Part shown: piece after piece, positions 27,882 through 36,071 of the stretch
Numbering within the stretch: the stretch's first letter is position 1
Layout: every line of letters begins with the position of its first letter
Assembly (NCBI GenBank): GCA_035554655.1
Contig: DATMIF010000004.1
Span: 8,922-72,921, forward strand
DNA: 64,000 nt
Direction of reading: 5' to 3'
Source of the DNA: Flavisolibacter sp.
GTDB lineage: Bacteria; Bacteroidota; Bacteroidia; Chitinophagales; Chitinophagaceae
Translations under genes and position numbers: made by a program
The notes under the pieces: generated by a model
What the model was told of the DNA's origin: nothing
What the model saw: the letters and a program-made list of their open reading frames with translations, nothing else
The model's database searches: none

Positions 27882-29492
27882 ATGATCTCAGGATATAATT
27901 TAGTCGGGTTCGAAAAGCAAGCTTCAGGTGAAAAAAAATTACATTCATTCAGCACGGTTCTGAAAAATAATTTGCCCGGAGAGTTTGTTATAGCGACGGA
28001 TAGTGAAATTCAAACTGCAGTTGAAAAAGCAACGACTGCTTTTGAAGTCTACAGGCAAACATCATTTATCGAAAGAGCGAATTTTTTGGATGTAATTGCA
28101 GACGAGATCATGCAAATAGGAGATGAGTTGATCCAGAGAGCTCATCTTGAAAGCGGCCTGCCTGAAGCAAGAATAACCGGCGAACGGGGGAGAACAGTTG
28201 GACAATTGAAACTCTTTGCTTCTCTTTTGCGTGAAGGTTCATTTGTTGAAGCCATTATTGATACGGCATTGCCAGATCGAAAACCTTTGCCTCGTTCCGA
28301 CTTACGCTTAATGCTGCAACCTATCGGCCCGGTAGCTGTTTTTGCGGCAAGCAATTTTCCGTTGGCCTTTTCAACTGCAGGTGGCGATACTGCTTCGGGA
28401 CTTGCTGCGGGTTGTCCCGTAATTGTAAAAGCACATAGTTCTCATTTGGGAACAAATGAACTGGTGGCAACTGCTATCATTTCTGCAGCACAAAAGTGTA
28501 ACATGCCTGATGGCGTTTTTTCTTCGTTAATTGGCGAGGGATCACAACTGGGACAACAATTAGTAAAACATCCACAAATAAAAGCCGTTGGCTTTACAGG
28601 TTCTTTCCGTGCGGGAATGTCCCTGTTGAAAGCATCTGTTAATGAAAGAGAAGAGCCCATTCCTGTATATGCAGAAATGAGCAGCATTAATCCTGTTCTT
28701 GTTCTTCCAAATAAAATCAAACAAGATATTGATACTGTAGTTGCACAACTTACTGCTTCTATCACTCTTGGTGTCGGGCAATTTTGTACCAATCCAGGGT
28801 TATTATTTGTTGTAAAAGATGAAAACACAGAAGCTTTCATTCAGAAGTTAGCCGGATCGTTACAGCAGGTACAACCAGCAATCATGTTGAATCAAACTAT
28901 TTGTGCCGCTTATTACAAAGAACGCCAACATTTGCTAGAGCAGGAAGGTGTAACTGCTTCCTGGGTTGGTGACGATACCAAGGCGGATTACAAAGGCAGC
29001 GCATTACTTGCCCAAACAGAAGCAAAGACTTTTATTCAAAACACGGACTTGCAAAACGAAGTGTTTGGACCTACATCTTTAGTAGTTATTTGTGAAGATG
29101 AAAAAGAGTTACAATCTGCATTAAAATCATTGCATGGACAATTAACCGGAACCGTCATTGGCACTTCAAATGATTTTAGCCAATTCAAAAATTGTATCGA
29201 CATTTTAATATCAAGAGTTGGAAGAGTAATTTATAATGGTGTTCCTACAGGAGTTGAAGTAAGTCATGCGATGATGCATGGCGGGCCTTTTCCTGCAACG
29301 ACATTTGCTCATTTTACGTCGGTCGGTACCGAAGCTATCAAACGTTTCTTACGTCCTGTATGTTACCAGGATTGTCCCCAGGAATTTTTGCCTGATGCAT
29401 TGAAAGATGTAAATCCGCTTCGTACTATGCGAAAGGTAAACGGAGAACTAACACGGGATGCTGTGCAAAAGATGGAAGCAATTCCTCAATAA
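27882..29492 (+). CDS. NAD(P)+ aldehyde dehydrogenase, alpha-ketoglutaric semialdehyde dehydrogenase (KGSADH)-like
   Basis: ALDH catalytic motifs are present: YAEMSSINPV (Glu) and GVGQFCTNPG (Cys). The length and N-terminal pattern match KGSADH-type enzymes. The start was placed at the ATG at 27882; the ORF-track start at 27861 is a TTG. Confidence 0.8.
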   Translation: MISGYNLVGFEKQASGEKKLHSFSTVLKNNLPGEFVIATDSEIQTAVEKATTAFEVYRQTSFIERANFLDVIADEIMQIGDELIQRAHLESGLPEARITGERGRTVGQLKLFASLLREGSFVEAIIDTALPDRKPLPRSDLRLMLQPIGPVAVFAASNFPLAFSTAGGDTASGLAAGCPVIVKAHSSHLGTNELVATAIISAAQKCNMPDGVFSSLIGEGSQLGQQLVKHPQIKAVGFTGSFRAGMSLLKASVNEREEPIPVYAEMSSINPVLVLPNKIKQDIDTVVAQLTASITLGVGQFCTNPGLLFVVKDENTEAFIQKLAGSLQQVQPAIMLNQTICAAYYKERQHLLEQEGVTASWVGDDTKADYKGSALLAQTEAKTFIQNTDLQNEVFGPTSLVVICEDEKELQSALKSLHGQLTGTVIGTSNDFSQFKNCIDILISRVGRVIYNGVPTGVEVSHAMMHGGPFPATTFAHFTSVGTEAIKRFLRPVCYQDCPQEFLPDALKDVNPLRTMRKVNGELTRDAVQKMEAIPQ

Positions 29493-29501
29493 AATCACCC
29501 G

Positions 29502-30107
29502 TTAGTTTTCAGACACTGCTTTTATTTTAATCACAATCTTCTTCACTACTTTGTTACCGCCAGGAGTAATGTTAGGACGGTGTGCTTCTGTTGGAAAAAA
29601 AAGCATGAATGTTCCCGCAGGCACTGTGTAGATTTTTCCTTCGCCTGTATAATTCGCCAGATCAGTTGCTTCATTGTAAGGTTTGCTAACTGCTACAGAA
29701 CTTAGCGATGCCTTAGCCATATTTTCTTCCCCTGTTATCACCAATTGAAGGTCGATATACTTTCGATGCGATTCAAAAGCTGTTTTATCATAGTCTTTTG
29801 TAGGGGCTTCAGTTACGCTGGCATAAACATTGTCGCCATCAATTTCATGTCTGCCAGTGGTAAGCGTTTTCAAATCTGTGTTTTTCAAATAAGCAAAGGC
29901 TTTGTCCCATGCTGTCTTGTTCAGATGATATTGTTTTGCAAATTGTAATTTGTCAATGGACGAATGTGGTGTGACAGAGAGGCCGTGCAGCCATTCTTTT
30001 TTCTTGAACCATTTTTTTGCTTTGTGTGATGACCAATGATTAGTGGATTGTGCAGAAAGATGGCTAACACTAAATAATATCCATACAACCAGAAAAATAC
30101 TTCTCAT
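29502..30107 (-). CDS. Exported YhcH/YjgK/YiaL (DUF386) family protein
   Basis: Signal peptide MRSIFLVVWILFSVSHLSAQ. The HRKYIDLQLVITGEE and FFPTEAH motifs are typical of the family. Confidence 0.8.
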   Translation of the reverse strand: MRSIFLVVWILFSVSHLSAQSTNHWSSHKAKKWFKKKEWLHGLSVTPHSSIDKLQFAKQYHLNKTAWDKAFAYLKNTDLKTLTTGRHEIDGDNVYASVTEAPTKDYDKTAFESHRKYIDLQLVITGEENMAKASLSSVAVSKPYNEATDLANYTGEGKIYTVPAGTFMLFFPTEAHRPNITPGGNKVVKKIVIKIKAVSEN

Positions 30108-30346
30108 ATTGTGACATTTTGCATTCTTAAATTAATTGCGATTTCGTGACACGATAATAAATTAAACCTCCAATGAAGAGCCACAATGTGAACCGGATTT
30201 TCATGTCGAATAAATTTTAGTAAAAAAACAAAGAAAATTAAAAATAAGAGAAGCTGAAGCAAAAAATGTGCAATTAAATCCGACGATAAATTCTACACCC
30301 CTGATAAAATTGCCTGGATTGTAACTTTCTATGACTGCATTTTTTA

Positions 30347-32512
30347 CTAATTCAGACCAGCAATCGCATTTCTCGCCGTTTCTACATCCTTTGCTACGTC
30401 AGGGCGAAGCTTTTCCCAATGAAAAGTAAGATGTTTATTTTCTTCTGAACGTACCCCATTTTGTTCACTATAATGTACAAGTGGCATGTCCTTGTAAATA
30501 GGGCGGGTAATACGAACAATATCATCCCAAAACCTTAAAGCATTTTGCAAGTGTTTTATTGCGTTCTGTCTATTTTCTTCGCCTCCTTTTAGACGATAGG
30601 TTTGCAGTGCTATAGCACCTTTTAATTTCTCTGCAAAATGGAGGCCCATATATGTCCAGGCTTTTGCATCAGCTACTTCAAACATCAAATCATTATTCGC
30701 TGATGTATTGATATCTTTTACCAACCCAAGTGCCCTGTTACAGTCCTGCTGTAGCATTTTAATTAATACCGGTGGTGTTATTTTATTTTTGTTGAAAGAC
30801 GTACCGTTAATAGTTGCATTGACATAGTCTTCAACAGATACATACTCAGGATCAGTTACGCGTTGATGAACGAGACGGTCAACAGAAATATATTCAACCC
30901 GCTTTGCTTTGTCATTCAGGGCCATAAAACCTTCTTCATACAAAGTCAGATCCATTGTAAAATCAAACAGAGATCCAAGACGTAAAGGCGTTTTGCCTGC
31001 TAAAGAAAAAGCTTCGAGTAAATTGCTTCCCTGTTTGCCGTAACGATGAATAAACTCGGCCCGAAAAACAGCATCTTGAGTTTGCGGATTGTATAATAAT
31101 CTTCCCCACAATTTGTAAAACAACCATTGCCTTTCAAAAGCATATTTCCAGCTAACGGAAGTGCCTGGCTTTGTAAAATAGTCCTTTGCCGGAATGTATG
31201 TTTCGGAACCAATCATATACCCGCCAACATAAGATTGACTGTTAGTTGCTATGTGCGATCGTATAAAACTGGGCACACCCCAACGAAGACAGAAAAAATC
31301 TTCGTTACGAACGGTCCAGTTGATCTTATAATTTTTTGGCTCGGGATTGAAGTAGGTATCATACAATTTTCCGCCGTGCACTTTTACTAATGTCGGTGTG
31401 GAATGCGCATGCGACCAATTGTATTTTAGATCGGCAAAAACTGGCGGCTGCAGAAAAGAGAGTTCGCCTTGTGCGTCTAATTCTTTCCTTGTTAATTTTT
31501 CTGTTTCAATGCTGGTAACACCTAAAGAGTTTGTTGTGCTTGAAAAAGGAATGCGGTGAATGAGTTTTAGTTTGCGGCCGGATAAACGCATTCCTTCAAT
31601 GATGGTTTCTTTCATCCATTCTTCCCGCTCTTGCGGTGTCATACCCCCCATGCCTTCACCAAGTGTAAGTCCCATTCCTGTGATTTCGGGATACTCTTGC
31701 AGCATTTGAGTTACACATTCGCGGGTATAACGCTTCACCAGTTCTGAAGTATCGCCTTTTACAAAAAAATCATGTTGAAGGTTATCGATGTTGACGTTAT
31801 GTGCTTTCGAAAATTCAGGGCTTACAAAAATGTTGAAAGGAATGATATAGACATCAATGGCACGTTCTTTTGCCAAGCGAAAAATACCATGAAAAAGCGT
31901 TTGCCATTCTTGCAGCTCTGCATCGGTAAACGATGACGCTTCGGGAAAGTTTTTGGGTTTAATCATGAAGGTGTAGGGATGGAGGTTCCATAAAGTGAGA
32001 GCGTTGAGACGGTTTTCCGTCATCATATCCAAAAATGCTTCCCAAAAATTTAAGTCCTTGCACGTTTCATAATGCAAATCCAACGCATCGCTGTGCCGAT
32101 AAGTGTCCCAGGGCAAATCAAACTTAATGGCACGAAAACCGTAATGGGGACTTTCATGTTTTGACTTGATTGCATCCAACCGGCTTCCGTTTCTTAGTTC
32201 TTCAGCAAGTGATAAACAGCCGTAAATCATTCCTCGGTTATCACCACCCGTGATAATAATTTTTTTGTTCTTAGCCTGAATTGTATAAGCTTCTTCTTTC
32301 AGTTGTTTAGCATCGGTAAAAATTGAAATAACAACGTCCGCTTTCGAACCCTTGAGAATATATCCTTTCGCTGCCAATGCTTTTTCCAACATTTGAGCAC
32401 CATAAGATGCTTGTCGAGATGCATTGTCATAAACGATATTTACGTTTTGAGAAAACGCCAGTGAGTAAAAGATCAACAGAATAATGAGTGAAAAACATCT
32501 CAATCTATTCAT
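30347..32512 (-). CDS. Large exported glycoside-hydrolase-like protein, CAZy family unresolved
   Basis: Signal peptide from the ATG at 32512. The N-terminal domain resembles GH20b/GH67N-type domains (EAYTIQAKNKKIIITGGDNRGMIYG). It is followed by a TIM-barrel-like region (FRAIKFDLPWD, NALTLWNLHPY). Confidence 0.5.
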   Translation of the reverse strand: MNRLRCFSLIILLIFYSLAFSQNVNIVYDNASRQASYGAQMLEKALAAKGYILKGSKADVVISIFTDAKQLKEEAYTIQAKNKKIIITGGDNRGMIYGCLSLAEELRNGSRLDAIKSKHESPHYGFRAIKFDLPWDTYRHSDALDLHYETCKDLNFWEAFLDMMTENRLNALTLWNLHPYTFMIKPKNFPEASSFTDAELQEWQTLFHGIFRLAKERAIDVYIIPFNIFVSPEFSKAHNVNIDNLQHDFFVKGDTSELVKRYTRECVTQMLQEYPEITGMGLTLGEGMGGMTPQEREEWMKETIIEGMRLSGRKLKLIHRIPFSSTTNSLGVTSIETEKLTRKELDAQGELSFLQPPVFADLKYNWSHAHSTPTLVKVHGGKLYDTYFNPEPKNYKINWTVRNEDFFCLRWGVPSFIRSHIATNSQSYVGGYMIGSETYIPAKDYFTKPGTSVSWKYAFERQWLFYKLWGRLLYNPQTQDAVFRAEFIHRYGKQGSNLLEAFSLAGKTPLRLGSLFDFTMDLTLYEEGFMALNDKAKRVEYISVDRLVHQRVTDPEYVSVEDYVNATINGTSFNKNKITPPVLIKMLQQDCNRALGLVKDINTSANNDLMFEVADAKAWTYMGLHFAEKLKGAIALQTYRLKGGEENRQNAIKHLQNALRFWDDIVRITRPIYKDMPLVHYSEQNGVRSEENKHLTFHWEKLRPDVAKDVETARNAIAGLN

Positions 32513-32596
32513 AAACAAAAATTGCCTGTGCAATTTATCATGTTTTGTTGCAGATACTCATAGGCATATTGATCAACGGCTTCTGGCGATAAACAA

Positions 32597-33871
32597 TTAC
32601 GCAAAGAAAGGCACCTCCGGTGTTGCGTATTTTTTCAAGCCTTCTTCATTAATTTCGACACCAATTCCCGGTTTGTCCGATACAACCAGAAACCCTTTTT
32701 CAATGAATGGCTTGTCATATTTGACGATCTCTTTCCATTTTGGTTCTGTATCGCTTAATGTTTGCCATTCAAGAATATGAAAATTTGGTACCGATGCGCA
32801 GACATGTGCTGATGCCATTGCTCCAAGAAATGAACCAACCATATGTGGTGAAAAAGGTGTGTAGTAGGCGTTCGCAAGATTAGCAATACGTTGTCCTTCA
32901 CCAAGTCCTCCGCATTTTTGAAGATCGGGCATGATGATATCAATAGCTGCTTCGGACAACAACCTAGTATATCCATATGTCAGGTAGAAATTTTCTCCTC
33001 CGCAAATGGGTGTGCTGGTTTCCTGTGTGATGGTTTTATAAACGTCAATATTATCAGCAGGAACAGGTTCTTCAAGCCACATCAGGTTCAATGGCTCCAT
33101 CACCTTTGCTACTTTTCTTCCGGTTGGTGCGTCGTAGCGTCCATGCATGTCAACGCAAATATCAATGTGAGGTCCTACTGCTTTGCGAACCGCTTCAATG
33201 GAATTGTACATTCTTTCAATTTCGGCATTGCTTGCCGTCCAGTTCCACCTGTCATATTTGTTTGGATCAGTTGCCGAGTCAATATCAAACTTAATGGCAG
33301 TATAACCTCTTGCAACTGCATCCATACCTGCTTTTGCATAATCTTCGGGTTTGGGATTCCTCACTGCATATAATTCGGTATCGCAATACACTCTTACTTT
33401 ATCCCGAAACTTTCCACCTAATAATTGATAGACAGGTAAGCCTAATGCTTTCCCGCATAAATCCCAGAGCGCAGCATCAAATGCACTCAGCACTGCTACA
33501 TACATTCCTGATTGAGCGCCACCAAAAAAGGCTTGCTTGCGAAATTGCTCAAAGATGACGTTTGGAGATAATGGACTTCTTCCATTTAATTGTTTTCCTA
33601 ATCGTTGAACCAAATAATAAGTTCCGCCTATGGCATCCACAGCTTCACCATAACCTACAATATCCTGGTTGGTATAAATTTTTACGAATAATCCGCCACC
33701 TGAGTAGGCGCATTTGACGTCAGTAATTTTTAAATCTGATGGTGCAGATGGTTTGGATGTTTTTTCTATTGCATGTTCGAGTCCGCGTCCATATGTTTTA
33801 GATAAAGATGCAAACGGAGCCAATGCTGCTGCTATAGCTGTCTTTGTAACGAACGATCTTCTTGTCGACAT
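32597..33871 (-). CDS. Enolase-superfamily enzyme (MR/MLE family, acid-sugar dehydratase-like) with a Tat signal; paralog of 25029-26525
   Basis: MSTRRSFVTKTAIAAALAPFASL is a twin-arginine signal. It shares SAPSDLKITD with the paralog. Motifs AALWDLCGK, CVDMHGRY, LMWLEEPVP, CGGENFY and DIIMPDLQKCGG are present. Confidence 0.85.
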   Translation of the reverse strand: MSTRRSFVTKTAIAAALAPFASLSKTYGRGLEHAIEKTSKPSAPSDLKITDVKCAYSGGGLFVKIYTNQDIVGYGEAVDAIGGTYYLVQRLGKQLNGRSPLSPNVIFEQFRKQAFFGGAQSGMYVAVLSAFDAALWDLCGKALGLPVYQLLGGKFRDKVRVYCDTELYAVRNPKPEDYAKAGMDAVARGYTAIKFDIDSATDPNKYDRWNWTASNAEIERMYNSIEAVRKAVGPHIDICVDMHGRYDAPTGRKVAKVMEPLNLMWLEEPVPADNIDVYKTITQETSTPICGGENFYLTYGYTRLLSEAAIDIIMPDLQKCGGLGEGQRIANLANAYYTPFSPHMVGSFLGAMASAHVCASVPNFHILEWQTLSDTEPKWKEIVKYDKPFIEKGFLVVSDKPGIGVEINEEGLKKYATPEVPFFA

Positions 33872-33931
33872 AAACAGTATTTTGAGGGTGAAAAGAAGTT
33901 TGAGTTGATTTTTGTTTTTAGTCAGTATTTA

Positions 33932-34888
33932 TTACCATGTTCTGTCTTTCAAATAATTTTGAATCGTTTCTTTTGGAACGGGCAATTCATTAATGTGGTC
34001 ATTCAACCACTTTGAAAAATCTTTTTCAATATCGTCCGTCCATCTTGCATCAATTTGTCCCGCTGTGTATTTTCCTTCTCTCAATCGCTGGTGTCCGAAC
34101 AAATCTCTCAACCGAACAATTTCTGAAGTGATCACAACTTTTTCTGCTAGCTGTGGAGGAATAAAAACAACAACACCCAATTTGCCTAATACAACATCAC
34201 CCGGCATAACAGTTACAGTTCTTATGCGTGTTGGATGATTAATACCAACAATCATTGTGGTGAGATCCCTGCTTTGCCCTGCACCAGGATTGTGATAAGA
34301 AGGATCGTAGCTTGTATAAAAGGAAGTAAAGCCGCCAATTTCTTTCAGGCCTTCCAAATCTCTTATGGCGCCGTCATACACAATTCCATTTCCTGTCCTT
34401 GCATAAATAGCATTACCTATATTGTCACCAATAGTTGGACCGTTTCTTTTAGCGCCAAATTGGTCGGCAACATATACATCTCCTTTTTGTAGCATTTCCA
34501 CAGCCCAAACATTTTGAGCTCTTCTTCCTTCTTTCTTTCCAAAAGAGTCAATCACACTCCAAACATCCGGGCGGCCAGGCATGAACGTTGCTGTTACTGC
34601 ACGGCCAACGAGCACACTGTCAGGATTGATTGTTTCCCATCCTTCGGCAATCTGATACCTGTAACCTGCATTCGTGAGAACAGCCCACGCTTCTTCAACA
34701 CTTACAGCTTTCATTCTTCTAATGATATCATCAGGCACTTTAGGGCGACCATCGGGAAAACGTTCTCCTTTCCATTCATGTGTTAATGCAATGAGTTCTT
34801 CTTTGCTTATTTGCACATGCTGTGCTATTGCCTGGTTAAAGACAAATGCTATTGTAAATAGGGATAGCAAACGTTTCATCATTAACAT
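33932..34888 (-). CDS. Exported RraA-family protein; paralog of 24040-24969
   Basis: Signal peptide MKRLLSLFTIAFVFNQAIAQ. It shares WKGERFPDGRPKV with the paralog. The GAIRD motif and VMPGDVVLGKLGVVVFIP are present. Confidence 0.85.
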   Translation of the reverse strand: MLMMKRLLSLFTIAFVFNQAIAQHVQISKEELIALTHEWKGERFPDGRPKVPDDIIRRMKAVSVEEAWAVLTNAGYRYQIAEGWETINPDSVLVGRAVTATFMPGRPDVWSVIDSFGKKEGRRAQNVWAVEMLQKGDVYVADQFGAKRNGPTIGDNIGNAIYARTGNGIVYDGAIRDLEGLKEIGGFTSFYTSYDPSYHNPGAGQSRDLTTMIVGINHPTRIRTVTVMPGDVVLGKLGVVVFIPPQLAEKVVITSEIVRLRDLFGHQRLREGKYTAGQIDARWTDDIEKDFSKWLNDHINELPVPKETIQNYLKDRTW

Positions 34889-34916
34889 GGGTGTATTTAT
34901 TTTTTAGTTAGAGGAT

Positions 34917-36044
34917 TTAAGTAAGACTTACTTCTACAGGTGTCTCTTCTTTTTTAGAAGGATTTTCTTTCGGCAAATGATTGTGCCACCAACTTGCTAA
35001 ACAAGAACCATTCACATTCATCACAGGTCCGAAGATGGCCGGCGCTAATCCTACAGTTGCAATTTTGCCCATGGTTAATGCCAGACCTGTTGCAAGTCCC
35101 GCATTCTGCATTCCAACTTCTAATGCAATTGTTCTGCAATCTCTTTCTCGAAATTTTAATAAGCGTGCAGACCAGTATCCAAGAAAAAAACCAGCAACAT
35201 TATGAAGAAACGTTGCTACCAGCAACAGCGCTCCGACCTTTAAAAGATTATCTCTTCCGGCTGCAACCATAATGGCTAGGATGATTGCAATGCCGGCCAT
35301 TGAAAGAAGTGGCATGATCTTATCAAGCCAATTGAATCTTCCACGCATTAAATAGTGAAATGCTAATCCGGCAACAATAGGAATGATCACAATCTTTGTA
35401 ATATCCCACACCATCGACCAAAAATCAATTTGCACAAAACTTCCACCAAGCAGTTTTAAAAGCAGTGGCGTTAGAAAAGGCGCAAGCAATGTTGATATGG
35501 TTGTAACTGAAACCGACAATGCAAGATTGGCTCTTGCGAGATAAGACATTACGTTTGATGCCAGGCCGCTCGGGCAACATCCAACTAAAATAATTCCTGC
35601 AGCAATCTCGTTGGGAAAATGGAATAAACTCGCAATTGTGAAACCAATTAGTGGCATGATCAAATAGTGGAAGACAACGCCAACTATTATTCCCTTAGGC
35701 ATGCGCACCACGTTAACAAAATCTTTCAAACTTAATTCTGTACCCATGCCGAACATGATGATTTGAAGCAATGGAATAATTAACGCTGATAGTTTGAAAC
35801 TGCCGATTGTTTTAAAATATTGCGGATGATACATAGCAAAACTCACAACACCAATGATGATTACAGTAAAAGAAAGCCCCTTTAAGAATTGATTGCCTCT
35901 GAATGCGATGGCAAGACAGAAAAAAAATAGCATCAATAACCAGCCAGCTAAATTGTGCGATTGCTTAATAGTTAGAATTAGCCAGGCAATTAAAAAAATA
36001 AATGCAGCTAAGTAAAGTATGGTATGGATGGATTTTCGTTTCAT
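34917..36044 (-). CDS. Bile acid:sodium symporter (BASS/SBF) family transporter
   Basis: A polytopic membrane protein with the SBF-type motif GCCPSGLASNVMSYLARANLALSV. Confidence 0.85.
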   Translation of the reverse strand: MKRKSIHTILYLAAFIFLIAWLILTIKQSHNLAGWLLMLFFFCLAIAFRGNQFLKGLSFTVIIIGVVSFAMYHPQYFKTIGSFKLSALIIPLLQIIMFGMGTELSLKDFVNVVRMPKGIIVGVVFHYLIMPLIGFTIASLFHFPNEIAAGIILVGCCPSGLASNVMSYLARANLALSVSVTTISTLLAPFLTPLLLKLLGGSFVQIDFWSMVWDITKIVIIPIVAGLAFHYLMRGRFNWLDKIMPLLSMAGIAIILAIMVAAGRDNLLKVGALLLVATFLHNVAGFFLGYWSARLLKFRERDCRTIALEVGMQNAGLATGLALTMGKIATVGLAPAIFGPVMNVNGSCLASWWHNHLPKENPSKKEETPVEVSLT

Positions 36045-36071
36045 AGCAAGTAATGAGAAGTGATTATCGTT

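Noticed and set aside
30164-30179. A possible fourth, reverse-strand copy of the shared promoter motif (aaacctccaatgaaga, against the reverse complement aaacttccaataaaaa) upstream of the YhcH-like gene.
   Set aside because: It matches only about 13/16 positions. No CAAAnnTA-type -7 box is present at the conserved 17-nt spacing on the appropriate strand, so this may be chance similarity in AT-rich DNA.
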